From positions 1-62,961 of IMG/VR virus record IMGVR_UViG_3300048592_000259: a DNA stretch of 62,961 nt. One strand, given 5' to 3'. The notes beneath the pieces were generated by a model. That model had not been told where the DNA came from, made no database searches, and saw only the letters and a list, made by a program, of their open reading frames with translations. The position numbers were made by a program, and so were the translations under genes. Shown here piece by piece: positions 19,631-28,363 of this stretch. The stretch comes from a virus. Taxonomy: Duplodnaviria > Caudoviricetes. The stretch's first letter is position 1. The number at the start of each line of letters is the position of its first letter.

Positions 19631-20728
19631 CTACTGGAGGTAGTGGTCGCAGGTGACGATGCCGAAGTCCTCGGTCGAGGCATCGTAGATGCTGTAGAAC
19701 TTCGGCTTCAGCAGGCCGAACATCTTGTCGATGTTGATGCCTTGCTGCGAGTTGTACTGGAACGTCTTCTCGTCCCACTCGGGCGGGCCCAGGTCCGCCA
19801 TGCCGAGCGACTGCGCACCGCACAGGAGCGACCGCGTGCCGTTGACCGCGTTGCCGGAGCCCCACTTCGTCGCCGTGCCCTTGGTGTTGTAGACCAGGCG
19901 ATGCTCGTGGATCACCGCGCCGTCGATCGTCACCGTCGCGCCCGTGAACCACGGCGAGTCGGTGCCCTTCGCGGCGGCGACGCTCGTGACCGCGCGCTGG
20001 TAGTCCGCGTCCTTCTTCAGCGCGGCCAGCGTTTGCGGGTGCACGAACAGGATGTAGTACTCCTTGCCGCCCGACATCAGCGGCTTGACGTAGTGCTCCT
20101 TCGCGTACGCGATCAGGTCCACGATCATCGTGTACTTCGGCACGAAGCCCGTGGTGATCGTCGACGTGTCGGACGCGAGCAGCGACGTGCCGTTGAACAT
20201 CAGCGCACGCTTGCTCGACGGCGCCGACACGTCGCTGGCGAAGGCCAGGTTCGCGAAGGCGGACGAGACGCGCGCGGCGCCGTTGTTCTTGTAGGCGTAG
20301 CTGATGCCCGACATCGTGAGCAGCACCAGCTGGTCGACGCGGTTCGCGAGCCAGTAGGCCAGGCGGTCCTTGCCCGTCTCGCGGAACTTGATGACCGTCT
20401 TCTGGTCCGCGAGCTTGCCCTTGTTCTTGACGCCGTGCGAGATCAGGTCGATGTTCACGACCTGGCTGTACGACTGCATCGCTTCCTCGTTGCCTTCGCG
20501 TTCGTTGTCGCCCTGAACGCCGTCTTCCACGAGGTCCGCGACCAGGTGCATGATGACCTGTTCGCCCTTCTCGGTCTTCGTGAGTTCCGTGATCCGCTGG
20601 ATCACGTTGTTCTCGCCGGTACCGGTGAAACGCTTCGTGAACATCTGGTCGCGTGCGGCTTCCCACACGTCGCGGGACCAGACGATCTTCTGCTTGGGGG
20701 TGAGTGCTGCGAAATTCGTGGCGGCCAT
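19631..20728 (-). CDS. Major capsid protein, N4-gp56/DUF4043 family, 365 aa
   Basis: TNFAALT...WSRDVWEAARDQMF, IQRITELTKTEKG, GDNEREGNEE and DFGIVTCD motifs; SD AGGAG; follows the scaffold gene. Confidence 0.92.
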   Translation of the reverse strand: MAATNFAALTPKQKIVWSRDVWEAARDQMFTKRFTGTGENNVIQRITELTKTEKGEQVIMHLVADLVEDGVQGDNEREGNEEAMQSYSQVVNIDLISHGVKNKGKLADQKTVIKFRETGKDRLAYWLANRVDQLVLLTMSGISYAYKNNGAARVSSAFANLAFASDVSAPSSKRALMFNGTSLLASDTSTITTGFVPKYTMIVDLIAYAKEHYVKPLMSGGKEYYILFVHPQTLAALKKDADYQRAVTSVAAAKGTDSPWFTGATVTIDGAVIHEHRLVYNTKGTATKWGSGNAVNGTRSLLCGAQSLGMADLGPPEWDEKTFQYNSQQGINIDKMFGLLKPKFYSIYDASTEDFGIVTCDHYLQ

Positions 20729-20941
20729 CGTGGCTCTCCTGGAAAAGGTCGTGTCTTCGGGTCACGCTGTTACGCCGCGTGCGCGGAAACACGGACTTTC
20801 CGGTGCCGAGGGACCGCCTCACTCACGCAGGGGGGGGCGCGGCCGCTGTTTTACGCCTGGCGGCAGGGCTGGATCGTCCGGGACGCTGAACCGACCAACC
20901 GGGGGGACGGGGCCCGGCTGGTCGGATGATGCACGAATCAG

Positions 20942-21961
20942 CTACCCGCTGACAACATCCCCGCGCTCTTTCCGCTTGTCTTCCTCGCTCATGTTGCGGA
21001 AAGCGTTCTCGGACATGCCGGCCACGTCCACTTCGGTCGTGCGCGTGGTGCGCCCGCCGCCGGCCGTGGGGGTGCGCGGGGCCTGGGCGCCGGCAGCGAC
21101 CGCGGCCTTCTTCGCCGAGTTCGCCGTGCGCTGGGCGTTCGGATCCGGCCTGCCGTCGCCGTCGTCGTCGCCCTTGCCATTCGGCGCGTACAGCGGGCCG
21201 ACCTTCTTCGCGGCCTTGCGCAGCGCCACGTCCGGGGCCTCGCCCTTCGCCATGTAGAAATCGCGCCACTCGACGACCTCGGCGACCGCCGCCTTGTTCA
21301 GCGTCTTCGCGTTCTTGCTGTCGAGGAATGGGAACTCGGCGACGACCTCGCTGGCGGCGACGTTCAGCAACCGCGCGTTCTCCCGCGCGATGGCCCGCTG
21401 GTCCGCCGCGTCGGTGGCTCGCGCCAACGTCTCGGCCTGGATCTGGTCCATGATGGCGTCGGCGGCGTCCTCGTCGCCCTCCATCAGCTTCGTGCGGTAC
21501 TGCCGGTTGAGCTCCTTCAGGTCGACCGGCTTCGCTGCCCCGCCACCTTCGCCGCCCTCTCCCTCGCCTCCCGCGATCGCGCGCCGTTCCGCGAGGGCAC
21601 CTTCGGCGCGCAGACGTGCTTCGCGCTCGGCTTGAAGCTCGGTGTTGACCTCGTTGAAGCGCGCGCGGGGAATGGTGTCGCCGCCCTCGGCGACCGAACG
21701 TAGCGCGTCAGGGTCGAGCGCATCGCCCTGTCCACCGCCGCCATCACCATCGCCGCCAGCTGCACCGCCCTCGCCTCCGGCTCCGTCGCCGCCGGCCGCA
21801 TCGGGGTCGACCACATCGCCGCGGTCCTCGCCCTGCGTCGTATTGGAGGCGCCGCCATCATCGCCCCCACCGTCACCGCCACCGCCATCATCACCGCCGC
21901 TGACGCGCGTTTCGATCGCGCCGCCATCGTCGTCGTCCGGATCCAGCACGGGCTTGCCCAT
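20942..21961 (-). CDS. Capsid scaffolding protein, 339 aa
   Basis: Start MGKPVLDPDDDD after GGAG; acidic Gly-rich N-terminus, IPRARFNEVN motif, C-terminal MSENAFRNMSEEDKRKERGD; lies between portal and MCP. Confidence 0.8.
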   Translation of the reverse strand: MGKPVLDPDDDDGGAIETRVSGGDDGGGGDGGGDDGGASNTTQGEDRGDVVDPDAAGGDGAGGEGGAAGGDGDGGGGQGDALDPDALRSVAEGGDTIPRARFNEVNTELQAEREARLRAEGALAERRAIAGGEGEGGEGGGAAKPVDLKELNRQYRTKLMEGDEDAADAIMDQIQAETLARATDAADQRAIARENARLLNVAASEVVAEFPFLDSKNAKTLNKAAVAEVVEWRDFYMAKGEAPDVALRKAAKKVGPLYAPNGKGDDDGDGRPDPNAQRTANSAKKAAVAAGAQAPRTPTAGGGRTTRTTEVDVAGMSENAFRNMSEEDKRKERGDVVSG

Positions 21962-21999
21962 CGCATGCTCCTGTCTGAGTTTTATGAGAACTGCTGGGA

Positions 22000-22191
22000 C
22001 TACTTCGTCTTGCCAGCGCCCTGGCTCATCGCGTCGAGCGCCGCGGCCTTCTCCTTCGCCAACTTCCGCACCGCCTTCAGGCGGGCGGGGTCCTTCTGGA
22101 TCTCGTACGCGCGCGTGAGGATGCGCAGGTCGTCTTCGATTTCCCACGAGCGATCCACGCTGGGGACCGCACCGCTTGCCTTCTTCGTCAT
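22000..22191 (-). CDS. Small conserved head-module protein, 63 aa
   Basis: SD GGAGG; MTKKASGA...WEIEDDLRILTRAYEIQKDPARLKAVRKLAKEK. Confidence 0.7.
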   Translation of the reverse strand: MTKKASGAVPSVDRSWEIEDDLRILTRAYEIQKDPARLKAVRKLAKEKAAALDAMSQGAGKTK

Positions 22192-22210
22192 GACAGCCTC
22201 CTGGTGGGTG

Positions 22211-24358
22211 CTACGCGGGCGGCGCCGGGGGCGGCGGCGTGCCGCCACCTTCGATGCCGCTGGTGATGCCGACGTTCGCGCTCTCGGGCTTCGCCGGGAC
22301 GAGCGGGGACGTGTTCTGTTCGATGACCTGGGGCTCGGCCGGCGCCGGCAGGAGGCCCGCGGGCGCAGCCGGGATGATCGGCGCGGCGTCCTGGTCCTCG
22401 AAGCCCGCGCTCTTGAGCAGGCCATCGGCGATGCCCGACACGGCAGGCATGCTCGCGATCGTGGCGCCGGTCTGCGCCGCGGCGAACATCGACGTGACGC
22501 GCTCGTTGACCGTCTCGGCCTTGATCTTGTCCGCCGTGACCTGGGCGAGCGCGCCCTGGGCCTGCGCGAGCGCCGCCTTCGCCTGGGTGAGCGGGTCGAC
22601 CTGCGTGGGCGACGCGGCCATCTGCTCGATGATGTCCGACTTCTCCAGCAGGTTCGAGTGCCGGATCATCACGTTGTCCGGGACGCGCACGCCGACCTTG
22701 CGCATTTCGAGCGCCTGTTGGAACTGGCTGTTCTCGAACGTCACCTGCATCGGCTGTTCCGTGACCACGGTGTCGTAGTCGCCGGCCGTCAGGTCGTTCT
22801 TCCAGCGGCCTTCCTCGGGGGAGTACTCGTTCACCGTGTAGGTCTTGTCGACCTTCTTGCCGGTGCGCGGGTCGGTTTCGGTGATGCGGAACACGCGCTT
22901 GTTGTCCATGAAGCGCGTCATCAGGTAGTGGAAGAAGTCCGCGACCATGCGGCGCGTGCGCGACAGGTTGTCGAGCGGCACGGCAAGCTGCTGTTGCGAC
23001 GCGAACTGCTTCGACTGGATCGCGATGCCCGAGACTTCGCGCCCCTGGGTGCCGCGCATCGCGTCGGGGACCGTTACCTCCTTGAGCGCGTTGAAGGCGT
23101 GTTCGATGAGACGGTCCATGCCTTGCGGGGCCTGGTTCGCCATGATCTTCTCGGGCTTCTGCGCGCCCTGCTTGTAGACGATGACGATGCCGGTCTTCGA
23201 GCCCACGTCCTCCAGGTCCTCGACGGTGTGCGACACCAGCGAGTTTTCCTCGACCGTCCACCCGCTGTTCGCCGTCGTGTTGACGATGTGCACGAACTGG
23301 CTGATGGCCTTGTTCAGGACCTCCTGCGGGCTGATGGCGTTGTCGACCATGCCGCGCGTCTCGCCGCGGCGAAAGTAGCAGAAGAACGGGACGACCGTGA
23401 AGCGATCGTAGGGCGACGTTTGATCGAACAGCGTCGCCCAGCGCGACGTGATGCACCATTGGACCACGCGGCGCATGCGCACCGACGGCGTGGCGCCCTG
23501 CGTGACCCACTCCTGGATCTGGTCGGGCGTGGCGTAGTCGACGGGCTCGACCTCGCCGGTCGGGAACACGACGACCTTCGTGCGCTGGTACTTCCAGTAC
23601 TGCCGCATGATGAGGCGATAGCGGCGCGTGCCTTCCTCGTCGGTCCAGCGGTCCCAAAACTGCGTCGACGTGCGCGATCCGAACTTCGCGCGCTTGCCCT
23701 CGTCGTCATCGTCTCCGAAGTCCGCCTCGCTGTCGTAGGCGTGGGCCTCCATGAGCTTCTGGCGCGCTTCCTCGCCCAGGTATTCGGCCACCTGGTCGGC
23801 GGTGAACCACAGAGTCACCGTCACGTCGTACCAGGACGACGGGTCGTAGCCCTTCGCGTCCGGGTCCGGGATCACGTCGCGCGGGTCGAGCGTTTCGACG
23901 CTGATGTCGCCGAACACGTTCTGGTCGAAGTCCATGCGGATGTCGAAGTACCCGCGCTGTTCGATCAGCCCGTCCGCGAAGACCTGCGTTTCCTTCCAAT
24001 GGAAGTGGGTGTGGTCGCACACCTGCATCGCGATCTTCGAGCGCAGCGCCGCCTGGAGCTCGTCGCCCTCCTGGCCGCGCGGCCGGAAGGTGATGTCCAT
24101 GCGGTTGTGGATCTGGTAGCCGATCGCGCTGTTGACGCCCGGCATGACCAGGTTCAACTCGTACCAGGGGCGGTTCCCCGAGTCCTTCAGCCGTTGCTTG
24201 TCCTCGTCCGACCATTGCTTGCCGGCGCCGAGGTAGAAGTCGTTGCACCGCTGCGCGCGGCGGATGTAGTCGCGATGGCCGCGGTCGAGGCAGTACTGGT
24301 AGCGCGACCAGTTGATGTCGGCCAGCTGCGTGGCGGTGGGCTGCGTGGTCGTCGTCAT
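22211..24358 (-). CDS. Portal protein (P22-like), 715 aa
   Basis: FYLGAGKQW, ELNLVMPGVNSAIGYQ, GMVDNAISPQEVLNK and SGIAIQSKQ motifs; follows terL. Confidence 0.9.
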   Translation of the reverse strand: MTTTTQPTATQLADINWSRYQYCLDRGHRDYIRRAQRCNDFYLGAGKQWSDEDKQRLKDSGNRPWYELNLVMPGVNSAIGYQIHNRMDITFRPRGQEGDELQAALRSKIAMQVCDHTHFHWKETQVFADGLIEQRGYFDIRMDFDQNVFGDISVETLDPRDVIPDPDAKGYDPSSWYDVTVTLWFTADQVAEYLGEEARQKLMEAHAYDSEADFGDDDDEGKRAKFGSRTSTQFWDRWTDEEGTRRYRLIMRQYWKYQRTKVVVFPTGEVEPVDYATPDQIQEWVTQGATPSVRMRRVVQWCITSRWATLFDQTSPYDRFTVVPFFCYFRRGETRGMVDNAISPQEVLNKAISQFVHIVNTTANSGWTVEENSLVSHTVEDLEDVGSKTGIVIVYKQGAQKPEKIMANQAPQGMDRLIEHAFNALKEVTVPDAMRGTQGREVSGIAIQSKQFASQQQLAVPLDNLSRTRRMVADFFHYLMTRFMDNKRVFRITETDPRTGKKVDKTYTVNEYSPEEGRWKNDLTAGDYDTVVTEQPMQVTFENSQFQQALEMRKVGVRVPDNVMIRHSNLLEKSDIIEQMAASPTQVDPLTQAKAALAQAQGALAQVTADKIKAETVNERVTSMFAAAQTGATIASMPAVSGIADGLLKSAGFEDQDAAPIIPAAPAGLLPAPAEPQVIEQNTSPLVPAKPESANVGITSGIEGGGTPPPPAPPA

Positions 24359-24468
24359 CGCTCACTCCGCGCGGGGTCGCGCTTCGATGTCGCCGCCAGC
24401 GAATAGGAAGGCGCCAGGTCTGAGCCCGGCTGCTGGACGGCGAGGGTACGCGGAATCGGCATGGGCAT
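24355..24468 (-). CDS. Possible 37-aa coupling mini-ORF between terL and portal
   Basis: ATG overlaps the terL stop (TGATG) and its TGA overlaps the portal ATG (ATGA). Confidence 0.4.
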   Translation of the reverse strand: MPMPIPRTLAVQQPGSDLAPSYSLAATSKRDPARSER

Positions 24469-25988
24469 CAAGCCGACTGGTGGGATTCGTCTTCGCCACG
24501 GGCCTTGGCGCGCATCTTGGCGAGCTTCATCATGGTCGTCTCCTGGACCGTCTTGCGGGGCTCGACCGACGACGCGAAGGTGATCGCCAGGGAGTCGCCG
24601 CTGTCCGGCGATGCCAAGCCCCGCTCCTTCATGTCCTCCTTGCGCTCCAGCTGCATCTTCTCCGTCGTGGCGAAGCCGTACTCGGGGCCGGTGAGATCCG
24701 CCGCGATTTCCTCGTCCACCTGGCCGTCGATCGTCGCCGGCAGCGTGCCGCCCTCGCGAAGCCACTCGCGCATGCGGTACCAGAGTTCCATCCGGCGGTT
24801 GAAGAAGCGCCGCGGGTCGATCGCCGCCTCGCCCACCTGGACCGCGTACAGCCGATCCTTGATCTTCGGCCGGCGCCGCAGGTTGTCGTAGACGCCCCAG
24901 CCCATGCCGGTCACGTCGATAAACACGCCGTCGGGGTCGAACGCCGCGATTTCCTCGGCCGCCACGTCGGCGAGCAGCATCAAGTCCTGGATGCGGTGGC
25001 GCTTGAACGGCCAGGTCTTCAACTGCTGGCGGAAGCAGAAGACGGACTGGTCGTCGCCGTGCCGCGCCACGTCGATGCCCATGACCTTCGCGTACGTCTC
25101 GAAGCCGCGCGCGGTGCGCTGCTGGGCCTGGGTGACTTCCTCGAAGCTGATGAACTGGAGCGTCGAGGCCCGCGGGAACACGCCGCGCACGCGCACGCGG
25201 AAGAAGTCGCTGTCCTCGCCGTAGTCGTCCTTCCATTGCTGGATCTTGCGCTGGTCGGCCTTCCGGGCGTTGCGCGCGTCGACCTGGTAGTGGTGCCACC
25301 GATGCTTGAACTTCCCGAAGCAGGCGTGAAAGCGCCCGCTGTTCTTCGTCGGGTTGCCGAACACGAACCACATGGCGCCGGCGGTGGTCATCGCGCCCTC
25401 GGTGACCTCCCAAATCTTGTCGTCGATCAGCGATGCCTCGTCGAACAGCACCAGGACGAACTTCTCGTGCGTGCCGGCGAACGCTTCCGAGGCGTGGGCC
25501 GACCAGGGGATCGCCGACGCGAACCACGTCTCGGGGTAGATGACGTGCTTGAACGACGTGGCGGTCCAGTCGAACAGGTCGCGCACCATCGACATGCGGT
25601 GCCACTTCGCGAGCTCGCGCCAGGTCTTCGTGAGCAGCTGGGTCCGCGTGTTCGCGGTGACGACGACCTGCGGATGCTCGCGCGTCGACGTGAACCACTC
25701 GATGATCCAGGCGACGAACGCGGTCTTGCCGACGCCGTGGCCGGACGACACGGCGAACTGGAGCGCCTCGGGCAGCGTCGAGACGACGCCTTCCTCCAGC
25801 GCGGTCTTCAGGTCGCTCAGTAGCTCGGCCTGCCACTTGTCCGGGCCGGGGTCGTCGCGTAGCGGGCCGGTCCCCCACGGGTAGGCCCACATGACGAAGC
25901 CCATCGGGTCGTAGGCGAACCGGCCGGCATCGTCCGCCAGGGCGTGCGCCTGGGCCGCGGTCAGCGGGGTGCGCCCGCCGAGGCTCAT
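24468..25988 (-). CDS. terL: Terminase large subunit, 506 aa
   Basis: Walker A SGHGVGKT, Walker B LFDEAS, coupling motif GNPT, nuclease motifs GIDVARHGDD and SPDSGDSLA. Confidence 0.95.
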   Translation of the reverse strand: MSLGGRTPLTAAQAHALADDAGRFAYDPMGFVMWAYPWGTGPLRDDPGPDKWQAELLSDLKTALEEGVVSTLPEALQFAVSSGHGVGKTAFVAWIIEWFTSTREHPQVVVTANTRTQLLTKTWRELAKWHRMSMVRDLFDWTATSFKHVIYPETWFASAIPWSAHASEAFAGTHEKFVLVLFDEASLIDDKIWEVTEGAMTTAGAMWFVFGNPTKNSGRFHACFGKFKHRWHHYQVDARNARKADQRKIQQWKDDYGEDSDFFRVRVRGVFPRASTLQFISFEEVTQAQQRTARGFETYAKVMGIDVARHGDDQSVFCFRQQLKTWPFKRHRIQDLMLLADVAAEEIAAFDPDGVFIDVTGMGWGVYDNLRRRPKIKDRLYAVQVGEAAIDPRRFFNRRMELWYRMREWLREGGTLPATIDGQVDEEIAADLTGPEYGFATTEKMQLERKEDMKERGLASPDSGDSLAITFASSVEPRKTVQETTMMKLAKMRAKARGEDESHQSA

Positions 25989-26668
25989 GGGTCGATCCGC
26001 TCGGCGGTGCCGGCGTAGGTCTTCCCGTGGCGATCGCGGATGGCCTTCTCGGCGCGCTCGCGCGACTGGCGCAGGCGTTCGTCGAAGTCCCCGGCGCCCC
26101 CGACCTCGACCTTCGCGACCAGGCTCCCCTCGTTCGTCGCGAGCAGCTTCAAGGCGTCGAGCTTCGAGTGCATCCTGACCTTGTGGGTGTGCCCGATCAC
26201 CCGCGTCTCGCCGGTCGACGGATCCGTGGCCTTCAATTCGGCCCGCTCGAAGGACGCGACCATCGCCGAGACGTGCCGCGGCAGGTCCTTGAACGCCTTC
26301 AGGTCCCCGTTCTCGTCGAGCAGGTCGGCGACGTTCCCGAAGGCGACCAGGGCAATCTCGTCCAGGGTCTTCTCGGCCGACCGCTTGTACCGGGAGCGTA
26401 GTGCGCGCTCACCACGGGCAATTTCCGAGGAAATCCGAGGGTCTTTCGTCAGGCGCGGCCCCTCGGTGTCGGCGGTCGCCAGGGACGCCTCGGGGTACGC
26501 CTCGCGGTAGGCGCGCGTGGCGTTGAAGTGGACCAGGTAGCGGGAGACGAACAGCCGTTGCTGGATCGTCAGCGGGGCGGCGAGGGCCCGGCCCTTCGCG
26601 ACCTTGGGCTTCGCGGGGCGACCACGACGCTTGGTCGGGTCAGAGCCCTTGGGCTTGGCGCTCGGCAC
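25985..26668 (-). CDS. terS: Terminase small subunit, 227 aa
   Basis: LTIQQRLFVSRYLVHFNATRAYREAY HTH motif and KLDALKLL; immediately upstream of terL. Confidence 0.88.
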   Translation of the reverse strand: MPSAKPKGSDPTKRRGRPAKPKVAKGRALAAPLTIQQRLFVSRYLVHFNATRAYREAYPEASLATADTEGPRLTKDPRISSEIARGERALRSRYKRSAEKTLDEIALVAFGNVADLLDENGDLKAFKDLPRHVSAMVASFERAELKATDPSTGETRVIGHTHKVRMHSKLDALKLLATNEGSLVAKVEVGGAGDFDERLRQSRERAEKAIRDRHGKTYAGTAERIDP

Positions 26669-27122
26669 GGGTCTGGAAGGTGCGCACCACGTCGTTCACG
26701 GCCTTGGTCAGGGCGTGCACGATTTCAAGCTCGCGGAACCGCTCGGTCGGGCCGGGGCGCTTCATCGGGACCAGCGAGTAGACCGGCGGGACGTGCCGCG
26801 GGATCTTGACCGCCCGGGCGATCACCACGATGCCGTCGTCGGTCCGGTAGTGCGTCAGGGCCGGGTCGTCCAGGGCCGGCGCCGCGCGCCGGATGACGCT
26901 CGCGCACGCCTCCAGGAAGGGCTCGGCGATCGCGTTGAAGCCCTGATGGTCCCGCGTCTGGTTGATGGCGCCCACGCCGAACATCAGGTCGTTGGTCCGG
27001 AACCGCTGGGCCGGCGACGCGCAGGTCGGTGAAGCGGCCACGCCGACCGCGTACCAGGCGGCGCATTCGATGAAGGCGCCCCGGAGGCGGAATCGGGCGA
27101 AGGCTCCCGCGTCGAGCGTCAC
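26640..27122 (-). CDS. Hypothetical protein, 160 aa
   Basis: GTG start with GTGA overlap to the upstream gene; high GC3. Confidence 0.55.
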   Translation of the reverse strand: MTLDAGAFARFRLRGAFIECAAWYAVGVAASPTCASPAQRFRTNDLMFGVGAINQTRDHQGFNAIAEPFLEACASVIRRAAPALDDPALTHYRTDDGIVVIARAVKIPRHVPPVYSLVPMKRPGPTERFRELEIVHALTKAVNDVVRTFQTRAERQAQGL

Positions 27123-27514
27123 CGCTGCCCCTTCGGGGGCACCCAACGGCAGTCGGGCAGCGACAGTTCGCACGACGAGCAGCGGATGAGCCCGGACCGG
27201 TGGAGGCGGAAGTCCTTGCCGTTGCAGCGCGGGCACCCGGCGATGTCGACCTCGATCATGCCGGGGCCGACGACCTTGGCGTTGCGCATCTCGCGCTGCC
27301 GCACCTGGGCCTGGGCCGAGACGTGCGCCACCGCGGTCCGCAGCTGCCGCATGCTGAACGGGCGCACGTTGTCGATCGGGGCGGTGGGCTTCGCGGCGCC
27401 CATCGGCTCCGGGACCCCATCCGAATGGGGTTGGAATGCCTCTGGAATGGGATTCGGAAGGGATACGGCGGACGGCGGCGCGTCGCTGGTGCGGTCGCCG
27501 GGCTGGTCGGTCAT
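27119..27514 (-). CDS. Zinc-ribbon protein, 131 aa
   Basis: MTDQPGD start; C-terminal CPRC...CSSC; first gene after the promoter at 27621-27649. Confidence 0.6.
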   Translation of the reverse strand: MTDQPGDRTSDAPPSAVSLPNPIPEAFQPHSDGVPEPMGAAKPTAPIDNVRPFSMRQLRTAVAHVSAQAQVRQREMRNAKVVGPGMIEVDIAGCPRCNGKDFRLHRSGLIRCSSCELSLPDCRWVPPKGQR

Positions 27515-27620
27515 GGATGGGCCCCCTGTGGGGCTCGCGCCCCTCGTCGAGCATCCTGGGGAGGACCGCAGCCGGGGGGATGGCCGGAGCGTTGCGCGAC
27601 GAGGGGGTTCGCCAGCCGCG

Positions 27621-27649
27621 ATGCTAACCGGCGCCCACGCGCGCCGCAA
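27621..27649 (-). promoter_or_regulatory. Putative sigma70-type promoter for the packaging operon, followed by a structured 5' UTR
   Basis: TTGCGG-17-TAGCAT on the minus strand; downstream 10-bp stem CCCCTCGTCG (27540-27549) / CGACGAGGGG (27597-27606). Confidence 0.45.
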
Positions 27650-27671
27650 TGGCTGTCGGCTGACGCCGCAC

Positions 27672-27926
27672 CTATTCGTCGGACGGGATGCCGGCGATGT
27701 CGGCGAACGTGGCGAGCGCCAGCTGGTCGATGCGGTTCCCCAGCCACGCCGCGAGTTCCGCCCGAGCCTTCGCGCGGATTTCGAGATAGCTCGCGCCGAC
27801 CAGCGGCCAGGTCACGTCGGCCGCGACGACGACCTCGGGCACCAGCGGCGCTGGCAGCGGGATCTTCGCGAGCGCGGGCGCGGCGAAGACGGCGGCGAGG
27901 CTCCCGAGGAGCCCGCGGCGGTTCAT
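27672..27926 (-). CDS. 84-aa protein: Tat-like signal plus a segment resembling the major capsid protein
   Basis: MNRRGLLGSLAAVFAAPALA N-terminus; LAAWLGNRIDQLALAT versus MCP LAYWLANRVDQLVLLT; ATGA overlap with the upstream gene. Confidence 0.65.
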   Translation of the reverse strand: MNRRGLLGSLAAVFAAPALAKIPLPAPLVPEVVVAADVTWPLVGASYLEIRAKARAELAAWLGNRIDQLALATFADIAGIPSDE

Positions 27927-28171
27927 GGCGCGAGCCCGCACACGCGGGCGTATCGGCGCAGCAGGGAGCGCGAGCGCGGGACGCGCATGAACGTCATCAC
28001 GATCCGGTTGATGCCGTAGTCGCAGGCGGCGCACACGCCCAGGAAGCGCCGGCCGTTCGCGCAGACCTGCCACTGGTGGACCGACGGGGCGCCGCATCGG
28101 CAGCACGGCACGCGCGAGATCCCGCGCGTCGTGTACGGCTTCACCCGGCCGGCGTAGCGGACCCTCCCCAT
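27923..28171 (-). CDS. Zinc-finger protein, 82 aa, probably leaderless
   Basis: CCRCG...CAAC; TACAAT at 28184-28179 lies 7 nt before the ATG. Confidence 0.6.
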   Translation of the reverse strand: MGRVRYAGRVKPYTTRGISRVPCCRCGAPSVHQWQVCANGRRFLGVCAACDYGINRIVMTFMRVPRSRSLLRRYARVCGLAP

Positions 28172-28227
28172 GCTCGGAATTGTATGCCAATTGGGGTGCA
28201 ATTGACCCCCAAGCGGGGGCTCGCGCG

Positions 28228-28274
28228 AGGGTCTATCCAGACCCTATCCAGACCCTATTTAGACCCTAAATAGG
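28228..28274. repeat. 11-bp tandem repeats (CTATCCAGACC x2, CTATTTAGACC, partial fourth) with AGGGTCT/AGACCCT inverted repeat
   Basis: Directly visible in the AT-richer divergent intergenic region. Confidence 0.8.
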
Positions 28275-28302
28275 CACCAACCGGTGAGTCCCGCGCCCGT
28301 GA

Positions 28303-28318
28303 TGTTCCACATGAAACA
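28303..28318. promoter_or_regulatory. parS-like site TGTTCCACATGAAACA
   Basis: 15/16 match to chromosomal parS TGTTCCACGTGAAACA; the palindrome extends to GA...TC flanks. Confidence 0.6.
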
Positions 28319-28363
28319 TCGCGCCGCGGCCGGTGTTGCACGCGCGCAACTGGCCGACGAACG

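Noticed and set aside
21700-21935. GGC/GAT-rich quasi-repeats in the scaffold gene
   Set aside because: Explained by the Gly/Asp low-complexity N-terminus typical of scaffold proteins
28228-28274. Short repeats as a mini CRISPR array
   Set aside because: 11-bp contiguous units without spacers; no cas operon (the 42173 nuclease fits a recombination module)
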